Shown here: positions 1 through 9,090 of the stretch, one piece after another
Numbering within the stretch: position 1 is the stretch's first letter
Layout of the letters: each line of letters opens with the position of its first letter
Assembly (NCBI GenBank): GCA_964453345.1
Contig: CAYVOC010000002.1
Coordinates: 1 to 27,323 of the forward strand
Direction of reading: 5' to 3'
Length of the DNA: 27,323 bases
Source of the DNA: an uncultured Aquificales bacterium
GTDB taxonomy: Bacteria; Thermosulfidibacterota; Thermosulfidibacteria; Thermosulfidibacterales; Thermosulfidibacteraceae
The notes under the pieces: model-generated
Seen by the model: only the letters and a program-made list of their open reading frames with translations
The model's database searches: none
What the model was told of the DNA's origin: nothing
Made by a program: the position numbers and the translations under genes

Positions 1-283
1 CAATCACATCCCCGTTTTCTTCAAGGACTTCAAAAGACAAAAGCAGCTCAACGCAAGAAACAAGATCTTTAGACTTTAAGACAGTTGCAATAGCTTTCTT
101 CTTCTTTAAAGTCATCGGAGAAATTCCAGCCTTCAATCCAACCAGTTTATAAAAAACTTCTGAAAATATAACGCCAATAATAAAACACTGAAAATGTTCT
201 ATTGCGCAAATAAGCAAATCCCTGGCTCTGCCTTTACCCTTAAAACTTTCAATGAACACACAACTGTCGATGACACACCTCAC
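1..283 (-). CDS. vapC: PIN-domain ribonuclease toxin (VapC family), partial, runs off the left edge
   Basis: Hand translation from GTG at 283 gives MRCVIDSCVFIESFKGKGRARDLLICAIEHFQCFIIGVIFSEVFYKLVGLKAGISPMTLKK..., open to the edge. It has the N-terminal hydrophobic-Asp-Ser motif (VIDSCV) and second acidic residue (FSEV) of PIN domains. The GTG overlaps the upstream stop (GTGA). Not in the ORF track. Confidence 0.82.
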   Translation of the reverse strand, partial: MRCVIDSCVFIESFKGKGRARDLLICAIEHFQCFIIGVIFSEVFYKLVGLKAGISPMTLKKKKAIATVLKSKDLVSCVELLLSFEVLEENGDVI

Positions 284-450
284 TGTTCATACCACTCCTC
301 TTCCAGCTTTCTATCCAGTTTTTCATCCTCAGCCAGCACACCAAAGGTTTTCTCCACTAACTTCTTCAATCTCAATCTTTCATCAGTCTTTGATTCTTCA
401 TCATGTTTTCTTTCCACATCCCCCGGAACTTTAATCACTATCTCTCCCAT
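280..450 (-). CDS. Small charged protein (56 aa), probable antitoxin of the PIN toxin
   Basis: MGEIVIKVPGDVERKHDEESKTDERLRLKKLVEKTFGVLAEDEKLDRKLEEEWYEQ*. GGAGG Shine-Dalgarno upstream, acidic C-terminal tail, and 4-nt overlap with the PIN gene, which is the classic type II TA layout. Confidence 0.78.
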   Translation of the reverse strand: MGEIVIKVPGDVERKHDEESKTDERLRLKKLVEKTFGVLAEDEKLDRKLEEEWYEQ

Positions 451-482
451 TAGCTGCCTCCAGGGTATCGTCCTTGGAGTAT

Positions 483-511
483 AGAATACCCCCTTGAAAA
501 ATGATTTGCAA
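483..511 (-). promoter_or_regulatory. Putative sigma70 promoter for the TA pair
   Basis: TTGCAA (511-506), 17 nt spacer, TATTCT (488-483) on the minus strand. Confidence 0.5.
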
Positions 512-534
512 AAGAAAACCTATGCGAGAAGTTT

Positions 535-1725
535 TTACAGCCTCAGATTCTCAATTATCATGGCTGAGCCCATGCCTCCGCCTTGACAGAGGGTGGCAAG
601 CCCATACTTCACCTTTCTCCTTATCATCTCGTAGATGAGGGTCACCACTATCCTGCAGCCTGTAGCTCCGACGGGGTGTCCCAAGGAGATGCCGGAGCCG
701 TTCACATTGGTTATGGAAAGGTCCAGTCCCAGCCCCTTTATGCAGGCAAGTGCCTGGGCTGCAAAGGCTTCATTCAACTCCACAAGCCCTATATCATCAA
801 GTTTCAACCCGGCTTTTTTCAAAGCCTTCTTGGTTGCGGGAACGGGTCCCCATCCCATTATTTCAGGAGGCACACCAACCACAGCACAGGAAACTATCCT
901 CGCCAACGGTTCAACCCCCAGCCTTTCCGCAACCTCCTCCCTCATTATCACCACAGCTGCAGCACCATCGTTTATGGCCGAGCTGTTTCCGGCGGTAACA
1001 GTTCCGTCCTTCTTGAAAACGGGGGGAAGCTTGGCGAGTTTCTCCAGTGTGGTATCCTCCCTGGGATGCTCGTCGGTGTCAAAGAGAAAGCTTCCCTTTT
1101 TGGTCTTCACCTCAACGGGCACTATCTCTTCCTTGAATTTGCCCTCCTTTATGGCCCGGACAGCCCTCATGTGGCTCTCGTAGGCCAGTCTATCCTGCTC
1201 CTCACGGGTTATGTTGTATTTCTCAGCCAGGTTCTCAGCGGTTACCCCCATGTGATAGTTACAGAAAGCACAAATCAACCCATCGTAAAGCATGTGATCA
1301 TAAAGGGTGTCGTTGAAGAGCCTGTATCCCCAGCGGGCCTTGGTGAGGATGTAGGGGGTGGCGCTCATGTTCTCCATGCCGCCTGCAACTATTATATCGG
1401 CGTCTCCCGCCACTATCTTGTGGGCACCGCAGGTTATGGCCCTCATGGCAGAGGCGCACTGGTTGTTCACGGTAAGCGCCGGCACCTCGTAGGGAAGCCC
1501 CGCCTTAACGGATGCCTGCCTTGCAGGATTGGCCCTCTGTCCCGCCTGAAAGATGTTGCCCATAATCACCTCATCAACGGTTTCGGGATCCACCTTCGCC
1601 CTCTTCAGAGCCTCCCTTATCACAGTGGCGCCCAGATCCACAGCGGGCACATCCTTTAAGCTTTTACCAAAGTCTCCTATAGGAGTTCTTACAGCGGAAA
1701 CTATCACCACGCTTTCAACACCCAT
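535..1725 (-). CDS. atoB: Acetyl-CoA C-acetyltransferase (thiolase)
   Basis: RTPIG, catalytic Cys in NNQCASA, VTAGNSSAINDGAA, NEAFA, GHPVGATG and LCQGGG motifs. Confidence 0.95.
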   Translation of the reverse strand: MGVESVVIVSAVRTPIGDFGKSLKDVPAVDLGATVIREALKRAKVDPETVDEVIMGNIFQAGQRANPARQASVKAGLPYEVPALTVNNQCASAMRAITCGAHKIVAGDADIIVAGGMENMSATPYILTKARWGYRLFNDTLYDHMLYDGLICAFCNYHMGVTAENLAEKYNITREEQDRLAYESHMRAVRAIKEGKFKEEIVPVEVKTKKGSFLFDTDEHPREDTTLEKLAKLPPVFKKDGTVTAGNSSAINDGAAAVVIMREEVAERLGVEPLARIVSCAVVGVPPEIMGWGPVPATKKALKKAGLKLDDIGLVELNEAFAAQALACIKGLGLDLSITNVNGSGISLGHPVGATGCRIVVTLIYEMIRRKVKYGLATLCQGGGMGSAMIIENLRL

Positions 1726-3043
1726 CTCTCCCCTCCAGCTGTTTTTTTACTCTATTTTTCACCTCATCCCATCCGATGAGGCTGATCACATCCGCAAGGG
1801 GCGGACCTTTGCTGTCACCGGTGATTGCCCTTCGCAGGGTCCTATAAAGCTTCCCCTTGGGGTATCTGCTCTCCAGTTCCTCCAGCGAGGAGGCTTCCAA
1901 AACCTCCTTCAGAACTACCCTTTCCCTCTCAGAAAAAGAGAGCACCGGATACCTTCCCTCCACTACTTTTTTATAAAAAACACACAGATCATGCAAAGTC
2001 ACAGCGTTCTCCCTGAAAATTTTAACAAACTTCTCCACCCTGTCAGAAATAGAAACGCCGCAGAAGGCTGCAAATCTTTCAACCAGATCCTTCAGAGGCA
2101 GGCCCATCATGTAGATCCTGTTGCAACGCTCTATGAAAGAGAGGGGAAGGACCTGTTTAGAAAGTCCGTATTTACTTAAATCAAAGCTCAGAGCCATCTC
2201 CCGAAGGGAGATGGGTGCATCGGGGAAATCGCCCCTGCCGGTTGAAAAGAGGGCCAAACAGATAGCCTCAGGGAAAAAACCCCTGTCCCGAAAGGATCTG
2301 ACAGAAGGAGAGGATTCGCTCTTGCTGTAGGGCCTTCCCCTTTCATCCACCATCAGAGGAAGATGGGCAAACTTGGGAGGAGCATACCCCAAGGCCTCCA
2401 TAACAAGCACCTGAAGGGGGGCATTGCTCAAGTGATCCTCTCCCCTTATGACAATATCAACGCCCATGTCCCCATCATCCACCGATGAGGTAAAAAGGTA
2501 AAGAAAGCTTCCATCACTTCTTCTGATTACGAAATCTCCAAAGGAGTCTGCATCAAACTCCAGCCTCCCCCTGACGGCATCCTCCACAGCAACGACCCTG
2601 CCCCTTGGAATCCTGAACCTCCAGCAGCACGGCTCCCCAGCCTCAGCTCTCCTCATAGCCTCTTCAAAGGGAATCCTGGAACATCTGCCGCTGTATCTTG
2701 GAGGAAGCCCCCTCTTTAAGGAAAGCCTGCGTTCCCTCTCAAGATCCTCCTTGGAGCAAAAGCAGGGGTAAACAAGCCTCTCTGAAACAAGCCTTTCAAA
2801 GGCCTTCAGGTATCTTTTTCTTCTTTCAGACTGGCGATGCTTCTCGTCCCACTTTATCCCCAGCCACCTGAGATCCTCCTCTATTGCATCCTCATAGGAG
2901 GGATCCGCATCGGGACCTGTATCGTCTATTCTCAAGATAAACCTGCCACCACAGGAAAGAACCAGAAGATAGTTAAACAGCGCTACCCTTGCGTTGCCCA
3001 GATGAAGAAAACCCGTAGGACTGGGGGCAAATCTTACGGTCAT
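1715..3043 (-). CDS. gltX: Glutamate--tRNA ligase, divergent paralog (GluRS2-like)
   Basis: RFAPSPTG, HIGH-like HLGN, Zn site CFC...YSGRC, IRGEDH and an anticodon-binding domain (LRRAITG..GP). The KMSKS motif is degenerate (PYSKS). Start moved to ATG 3043, which overlaps the dapB stop (ATGA). Confidence 0.88.
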   Translation of the reverse strand: MTVRFAPSPTGFLHLGNARVALFNYLLVLSCGGRFILRIDDTGPDADPSYEDAIEEDLRWLGIKWDEKHRQSERRKRYLKAFERLVSERLVYPCFCSKEDLERERRLSLKRGLPPRYSGRCSRIPFEEAMRRAEAGEPCCWRFRIPRGRVVAVEDAVRGRLEFDADSFGDFVIRRSDGSFLYLFTSSVDDGDMGVDIVIRGEDHLSNAPLQVLVMEALGYAPPKFAHLPLMVDERGRPYSKSESSPSVRSFRDRGFFPEAICLALFSTGRGDFPDAPISLREMALSFDLSKYGLSKQVLPLSFIERCNRIYMMGLPLKDLVERFAAFCGVSISDRVEKFVKIFRENAVTLHDLCVFYKKVVEGRYPVLSFSERERVVLKEVLEASSLEELESRYPKGKLYRTLRRAITGDSKGPPLADVISLIGWDEVKNRVKKQLEGRDGC

Positions 3044-3816
3044 AGCCCGAGAACATCCCACATGCTGTATAGACCAGGGGATTTATCCACCACCCACTTG
3101 GCCGCCCTAACGGCGCCCCTTGCAAAGGTTTCTCTACTGTGGGCCCTATGCACAAGCTCTATTCTTTCGCCCAGTCCTCCAAAAATCACCGTGTGCTCCC
3201 CCACCACATCCCCTGCTCTCACGGCGAACACCCCTATCTGGGAAGAGGGTCTTTCACCCACCATGCCTTCCCTTCCGCAAACCATGCACTCCTTCAGGTC
3301 CCTGCCAAGACCCTCGGCCGCCATCTCGGCAAGCCTCAGAGCGGTGCCCGAGGGAGCGTCCTTCTTGAAACGGTGATGCACCTCCACAATCTCCACATCG
3401 TAGTCATCGCCCAGAACCGACGCCACCTGCTGAACAAGCTTGAACAACAGGTTCACCCCCACGCTCATGTTGGGGGAAAATACAATGGGAATTTTCCTGG
3501 ATGCCTCCTCTATCCGGGATTTCTGCCCATCGGAAAAGCCCGTGGTGCCTATCACCATGGCCACGCCTTTTTCCACACACGCATCCAGCGCTTCCAAAGT
3601 GGCATCGGGGTAGGTGAAGTCTATCAGCACCTCGGCATCCGCCAGAACATCCTCTATGCTGTCGGAAACCTTGATCCCCTCTATGAAAGAGCCAACGGCC
3701 TCATGCCCCTTCGCCTCAAGGGCGCCCACCACCTCAACATCGGCATCGGAAGCGCACACAGAAAGAATCGCCCTTCCCATTCTGCCAGCCGCACCGCTGA
3801 CGGCAACCTTCACCAT
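3040..3816 (-). CDS. dapB: 4-hydroxy-tetrahydrodipicolinate reductase
   Basis: GAAGRMG Rossmann motif, DFT, GTTG, NMSVG and EVHHRFKKDAPSGTA. Confidence 0.98.
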   Translation of the reverse strand: MVKVAVSGAAGRMGRAILSVCASDADVEVVGALEAKGHEAVGSFIEGIKVSDSIEDVLADAEVLIDFTYPDATLEALDACVEKGVAMVIGTTGFSDGQKSRIEEASRKIPIVFSPNMSVGVNLLFKLVQQVASVLGDDYDVEIVEVHHRFKKDAPSGTALRLAEMAAEGLGRDLKECMVCGREGMVGERPSSQIGVFAVRAGDVVGEHTVIFGGLGERIELVHRAHSRETFARGAVRAAKWVVDKSPGLYSMWDVLGL

Positions 3817-3825
3817 AGCCTCCTC

Positions 3826-4704
3826 CTAAATCAGTCCATAGGAAGAGAGAACCTGCCTTAAACGCTCCCTGTTCTCCTGGCTCATGCTGCAAAGGGGAAG
3901 CCTTATCTCCTCCTCTATCTTACCCATCATGGCAAGGGCGGTCTTCACAGGGATGGGATTGGTCTCAATAAACATGGCGCGGCACGCAGGCTGCAACTCA
4001 TAGTGGAGCTTTTTCGCAGTCTCATAGTCCCCGCTCAATGCCGCATCCACAAGCTTCGCCATTCTGTCGGGAAGAATGTTGGAAACAACAGATATCACCC
4101 CCTTGGCGCCAACGCACATGAGGGGATACACGATGAAGTCGTCGCCGGACAGCACGGAGAAATCGTCTCTGTCTATAAGTTCCAGGATCTCGCTTGTGCG
4201 GCGAACAGAGCCCGTGGCCTCCTTTATTCCCACTATATTTTTGTGGTCCTGGGCAAGCCTCGCCACCGTTTCGGGAAGTATATCTATCCCTGTTCGGGAC
4301 GGCACGTTGTAGATAACTATGGGAAAGCCCGTCTCCTTGGCAAGATAGGAGTAGTGCTCGTAAAGCCCCCTCTGGGTGGGCTTGTTGTAGTAGGGGGTGA
4401 TAACAAGGGCACCGTCCGCCCCTGCTTCCTTGGCGTAATTTATCAGCTCAAGAGCCTCCTTAGTGCTGTTGGAGCCGGCCCCTGCAAGCACGGGAACCCT
4501 CCCCTTCACCTGCTCAACCGCTATTTCGATAACCCTCTTGTGCTCTTCATAACTCAAAGTGGCCGATTCACCCGTGGTCCCGCAGGGAACTATTCCATGG
4601 GTTCCCTTCTCTATCTGGAACTCTATGAGATTCCTGAAGGCCTCCTCGTCCACCTCTCCCCCTCTGAAAGGCGTCACAATTGCCACAAAGGCTCCCTTAA
4701 ACAT
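3826..4704 (-). CDS. dapA: 4-hydroxy-tetrahydrodipicolinate synthase
   Basis: GTTGES, PYYNKP, YNVPSRTG, GIKEA (Schiff-base Lys), SGDD and NPIPVK. Confidence 0.98.
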   Translation of the reverse strand: MFKGAFVAIVTPFRGGEVDEEAFRNLIEFQIEKGTHGIVPCGTTGESATLSYEEHKRVIEIAVEQVKGRVPVLAGAGSNSTKEALELINYAKEAGADGALVITPYYNKPTQRGLYEHYSYLAKETGFPIVIYNVPSRTGIDILPETVARLAQDHKNIVGIKEATGSVRRTSEILELIDRDDFSVLSGDDFIVYPLMCVGAKGVISVVSNILPDRMAKLVDAALSGDYETAKKLHYELQPACRAMFIETNPIPVKTALAMMGKIEEEIRLPLCSMSQENRERLRQVLSSYGLI

Positions 4705-4717
4705 TCTCTTCCTCCCT

Positions 4718-5512
4718 TCAGTCCTGCCAAGCCTCTTCTCTCAAATACCCGTCATAGACCCACTTAGTCAAACCCTCAAGGAAAACTTTTCCTTCATCAA
4801 GATACACCTTCAATACCTCTCCGCCTCTGGTAAGGACCTCAACCGGAAGATCCACAAGGCCCTTTTTATGCGCAACAAGGGCAGCGGCAACGGAACCCGT
4901 CCCGCAGGCAAGGGTTTCCCCCTCAACACCCCTCTCATAGGTTCTTATCAGTATGCGATCCCCTTCCACCTTGGCGAAATTGACATTGGTTCCGGAAGGA
5001 GAAAACCTCTCGTGGAACCTGATTTTTGAACCAAGCCCCTCAACATCAACCGACTCTATATCCTCAACAAAGACCACCACATGAGGGACTCCAGTGTTGA
5101 CAAAGCAAAAGGTTATTCCCAGATCCTCAAGTCGCTCATCCATTACCCAGCCGAAGGGATCCGTCATCTGCACCTTAACGAGCCTGCCCTTGACCTCCGC
5201 CCTTATCAGACCGGCAAGGGTTTCAAAGGCCATGGTGGCCGGGGCTATCCCCTTTTCATAGGCGAACCTTGCGGCGCACCTTCCTCCGTTGCCGCACATC
5301 TCCGCTTCAGAACCGTCGGAGTTGAAGAACCTCCACCTGAAATCCGCCCTCTCTGAAGGCTCAATAATTATCACCCCATCTGCCCCGACCGATACCCCCC
5401 TCCGGCATATCTTGGGGACAAGTCCTCTGAAATCATCGGCATCCAGCTTGCCGCTCATGTTGTCTATAATTATGAAATCGTTTCCGGATCCCGAAAGCTT
5501 TGAGAACTCCAT
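4718..5512 (-). CDS. dapF: Diaminopimelate epimerase
   Basis: GSGNDF, GADG, AEMCGNG, GVPH and ERGVEGETLACGTG; both catalytic Cys present. Confidence 0.98.
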   Translation of the reverse strand: MEFSKLSGSGNDFIIIDNMSGKLDADDFRGLVPKICRRGVSVGADGVIIIEPSERADFRWRFFNSDGSEAEMCGNGGRCAARFAYEKGIAPATMAFETLAGLIRAEVKGRLVKVQMTDPFGWVMDERLEDLGITFCFVNTGVPHVVVFVEDIESVDVEGLGSKIRFHERFSPSGTNVNFAKVEGDRILIRTYERGVEGETLACGTGSVAAALVAHKKGLVDLPVEVLTRGGEVLKVYLDEGKVFLEGLTKWVYDGYLREEAWQD

Positions 5513-5515
5513 AAC

Positions 5516-6772
5516 CTAATCCTCCAGAAGGAAGGTGGGGATCCTTTCGCCCCTCACCAGATCCTCATAGGTCTCCCTCTCCCTCACCAGATACCAGTTG
5601 TCCCTACAGACCAGAACCTCAGGCACCCTGGGACGGGAGTTGTAGTTTGAGGCCATGGTGAACCCGTAGGCACCGGCGCTCATAACCGCAAGAAGATCAC
5701 CCCTTTCAAGCACCGGCATCTCCCTGTCCTTGGCCAAAAAATCACCGGTCTCACAGATAGGTCCCACCACATCCGCCACAACGCTTCCACCCTTCTCATA
5801 AACCGGCCTTATCTCATGGTAGGCGTTGTATAGAGCAGGCCTTGCAAGATCGTTCATGGCACCATCAACTATGTAGAAGACCCTATCCGATTTCCTTTTG
5901 ACATACAGAAGGCGGGTCAGAAAGACCCCTGCATTTCCCACAACGGATCTGCCCGGCTCCATAATAAGGGTAAGTCCCCGCCTCACTACCTCGTCCTTCA
6001 CAGCGCCTATAAGATCGGCGGGAGAGGGTGGGGTTTCATCCCTGTATTTTATCCCTATCCCTCCGCCTATATCCATGTATTTCAGATTTATGCCCCTCTC
6101 TTTCAATCTATCCACCAAAGAAAGCACCTTGCCGACCGCATCGACAAAGGGAGAAAGCTTCGTTATCTGAGAGCCTATGTGGCAGTGGATACCGACAACA
6201 TCAATCCCTTCCAAGGAAGCCGCCTTTTCGTAAACCTCCAAGGCCTCCTCCACATCTATCCCGAACTTGCTCTTTTTAAGGCCTGTGGCAATGTAGGGAT
6301 GGGTCTGGGGATCCACATCCGGATTCACCCTCAGGGCAACAGGGGCCCTTTTGCCTACAGAAAGGGCTATCTGGTTCAAAACCTCAAGCTCCTGCAGGGA
6401 TTCAACGTTGAACATGAGAATGCCGACTTTTAGGGCGTATTCCATCTCCTTTTCTGTCTTTCCCACACCCGCATACACCACCCTCTTGGGATCAACACCT
6501 GCCCTGAGGGATCTGAAAAGCTCTCCACCGCTGACGATATCGGCACCCGCTCCCTGTTTAAAGATGACCCTCAAAACGGCGAGATTTGAATTGGCCTTAA
6601 CAGCGTAGCATGCAAGCCCCCCTATCTCACCCAGGGGCTTGGTGTAGGCCCTTATACCCCTGACAAGCTCAGCGTAGCTGTAAATGTAGCAGGGGGTGCC
6701 GACCTCCTTTGCTATCTCATCAAGGGGAACCTCCTCACAATACAGCCTTCCATCCCTGTAAACAAAGGACAT
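5516..6772 (-). CDS. lysA: Diaminopimelate decarboxylase
   Basis: YAVKAN (PLP Lys), HIGSQ, GGG, EPGR, GPICETGD and GAYG..MASNYNSRP. Confidence 0.98.
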   Translation of the reverse strand: MSFVYRDGRLYCEEVPLDEIAKEVGTPCYIYSYAELVRGIRAYTKPLGEIGGLACYAVKANSNLAVLRVIFKQGAGADIVSGGELFRSLRAGVDPKRVVYAGVGKTEKEMEYALKVGILMFNVESLQELEVLNQIALSVGKRAPVALRVNPDVDPQTHPYIATGLKKSKFGIDVEEALEVYEKAASLEGIDVVGIHCHIGSQITKLSPFVDAVGKVLSLVDRLKERGINLKYMDIGGGIGIKYRDETPPSPADLIGAVKDEVVRRGLTLIMEPGRSVVGNAGVFLTRLLYVKRKSDRVFYIVDGAMNDLARPALYNAYHEIRPVYEKGGSVVADVVGPICETGDFLAKDREMPVLERGDLLAVMSAGAYGFTMASNYNSRPRVPEVLVCRDNWYLVRERETYEDLVRGERIPTFLLED

Positions 6773-6784
6773 CCAGCTACCTCC

Positions 6785-7735
6785 TCATCTGCGAATTGTA
6801 AGGGCTTTGGATTTTGCACTTTCATTCCCCTTCTTGTCAACAGAGGAGACGGCGAAGGTCCAAGGCCCCTTGCCCGAAACTTCAACGCTAAAGCTTGGAG
6901 CCACAACGGGCTTCTCGTTCAAACGCCTCCAGACTCCACCCTCCTTTACATAAACAAAATAACCCGCAAGATCCCTGGCTGAGACAGGCTCCCAGCTCAA
7001 AAAGACCTTCCCCTCATGGTAAAGTCCCTCCAAGCCCTTCGGAACGGGCGGCGGGACCACATCCTTGGGAGTTACACACACCTCATTGGAAGGATCGGAC
7101 TCGTAAAAGCTTCCCCTATCAAAGGCAAAGTTTCTGATCACATAGCAGTAGGTCCTCCCCTCCACCACCGATCTATCCGACCATCTTCTGCTGCACTCGC
7201 CCCTGTAAATCGGCAGGGAACCGTAGCCGGAGGGGGGAACTCTTCTGTAAACGGCAAAGCCATCCCCAACGCAACCCTTCACATCAAGATCGACCTCCCC
7301 CTCGGAAAGCCCCGAAACCACCACAAGAGGTCTTCCGGGAAGGGATCGGGGGAAGACGAAGAAGACGTATTTGGGAATATCAACGCCCCCGTCCGTTTCG
7401 CCCTCAACCTTATAGCAGGCCGCATCAAGGGGAGGTGCGTCCTCCACCACAAACATGCCCGGTTTACCCTCAACATAGTAGATTCTCTCGCAATCCGAAC
7501 ACTCGGAGTCGCACCTATACACCCTGAGAATGAATTTCCCAATCCTCTTCCCGCTGTTGGCATACCTGTCCGACAGCCTCAGAAGTACGAGCAATTCATC
7601 GCTTCTAACAACGGGACGGGCAGAAACAACACCCACGGGCCTCAAATGCTCCGGAGGCAGAGGCGGCGCCTTGTGCCCACATCCCGCCAAAAAGATCAAA
7701 AGGATCAATCCAGAGACCAGCCTCTTTGCCTGCAA
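6785..7735 (-). CDS. Lipoprotein with LptM/YifL-like N-terminus and fibronectin type III-like domains
   Basis: TTG start, lipobox LAGC followed by GHKAPPLPP. FN3-like motifs: YCYVIR...ESDPSNEV, PPPVPKGL, LSWEPV..DLAGYFVY and FAVSSVDKKGNES. Confidence 0.75.
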   Translation of the reverse strand: MQAKRLVSGLILLIFLAGCGHKAPPLPPEHLRPVGVVSARPVVRSDELLVLLRLSDRYANSGKRIGKFILRVYRCDSECSDCERIYYVEGKPGMFVVEDAPPLDAACYKVEGETDGGVDIPKYVFFVFPRSLPGRPLVVVSGLSEGEVDLDVKGCVGDGFAVYRRVPPSGYGSLPIYRGECSRRWSDRSVVEGRTYCYVIRNFAFDRGSFYESDPSNEVCVTPKDVVPPPVPKGLEGLYHEGKVFLSWEPVSARDLAGYFVYVKEGGVWRRLNEKPVVAPSFSVEVSGKGPWTFAVSSVDKKGNESAKSKALTIRR

Positions 7736-9090
7736 ATCTCCTCTATCCTCCTTTCCACCTCTTTTCGGGAGGTCCCCCCGTAGGAAGCCCGCGAATCCAC
7801 AAGGTTCTCCAGGCTCAAAACCTCATAGACATCCCCATCAAAAACATCAGAAAAGCTTTTCATCTCCTCAAGGCTAAGATCCCCCAATCTTTTGCCCCTA
7901 TCCACGCAGTAAAGAACCATTTTCCCCACAATGGCGTGGGCTTTTCTGAAGGGAACCCCTTTTTTAACGAGATAATCTGCAAGATCCGTAGCATCCGTGA
8001 ATCCCTCAAGGGCCATCTCCCTCATTCTATCCCTGTTGAACCTGGCTCCATCGACCATGATCCTGACGGCCCTCAGGGCACCCTCAACCGTGTCAACGGC
8101 GTCAAATAAGGGTTCCTTGTCCTCCTGCAGATCCCTGTTGTAGGAAAGGGGTAGCCCCTTAACCACGGTCAGCAGAGCCACAAGATCCCCTATCACCCTG
8201 CCGGCCTTGCCCCTGGTAAGCTCAGCCACATCCGGGTTCTTCTTCTGGGGCATTATGCTGCTTCCGGTGCAGACCTCATCGGAAAGCTCAACAAAACCGA
8301 ACTCCGGCGAACTCCAGAGAACCATCTCCTCACAAAAGCGGGAAAGATTGATCATCAAAATGGCGCAGGCCGAAATAAACTCCAAGATAAAATCCCTGCT
8401 GGAAACGGTATCCATGGCATTCTTAGTGGGTCCGTCAAAACCCAGCTCAGATGCCACAAAGAACCTGTCTATGGGATGGGCGGTTCCGGCAAGGGCGCAG
8501 CTCCCCAAGGGACATTCGTTCATTCTTCTGCGGCAGTCCAGAAACCTTCCCCTGTCCCTCTCAAGCATCTCGTAGTAGGCGAGAAGGTAAAAGCCGAGGG
8601 ATACCGGCTGTGCATGCTGCAGGTGGGTAAAACCGGGCATCAGGGTATCCTTCTCCTCCTTTGCCCTTCTGACAAGGGAGAGCTGCAGATCCCCTATCAG
8701 GGAAAGGATCACATCTATATGTTTACGCAAAAAAAGCTTCACATCCGTGAGGACCTGATCGTTTCTGCTTCTTGCGGTGTGAAGTTTGCCCGCAACCTCT
8801 CCTATCTTCTCCTTGAGCCTGGCCTCTATGTATGTGTGTATATCCTCATAGGAGGGATCGAAATCTATTTTTCCAGCCTCTATCTCCCTTTCCACCTCAT
8901 CGAGGGCCTTCAGGATCCTTTCCCCATCCTGTTGAGAGATTATGCCCTGCTTCACCAGCATCCTGCAGTGGGCGCGGCTTCCCTCTATATCCTCCCTGAA
9001 GAGCCTCGAATCAAAGGATATGGATTCCGTGTATTCTTCAATGAACCTGTCGGTAGATCCTTTAAACCTTCCACCCCACAGCTTCATCAC
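7705..9090 (-). CDS. argH: Argininosuccinate lyase
   Basis: KLWGGRF, LHTARSRNDQV, PGFTHLQ, GSSIMPQKKNPD and YNRDLQEDK. Start is GTG 9090 or ATG 9087. Confidence 0.98.
   Translation of the reverse strand: MMKLWGGRFKGSTDRFIEEYTESISFDSRLFREDIEGSRAHCRMLVKQGIISQQDGERILKALDEVEREIEAGKIDFDPSYEDIHTYIEARLKEKIGEVAGKLHTARSRNDQVLTDVKLFLRKHIDVILSLIGDLQLSLVRRAKEEKDTLMPGFTHLQHAQPVSLGFYLLAYYEMLERDRGRFLDCRRRMNECPLGSCALAGTAHPIDRFFVASELGFDGPTKNAMDTVSSRDFILEFISACAILMINLSRFCEEMVLWSSPEFGFVELSDEVCTGSSIMPQKKNPDVAELTRGKAGRVIGDLVALLTVVKGLPLSYNRDLQEDKEPLFDAVDTVEGALRAVRIMVDGARFNRDRMREMALEGFTDATDLADYLVKKGVPFRKAHAIVGKMVLYCVDRGKRLGDLSLEEMKSFSDVFDGDVYEVLSLENLVDSRASYGGTSRKEVERRIEEICRQRGWSLD

Noticed and set aside
194-484. 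Ser/Phe-rich plus-strand ORFs (194-484, 252-434)
   Set aside because: They are shadows of the minus-strand antitoxin and PIN genes, which have an SD, translational coupling and family motifs.
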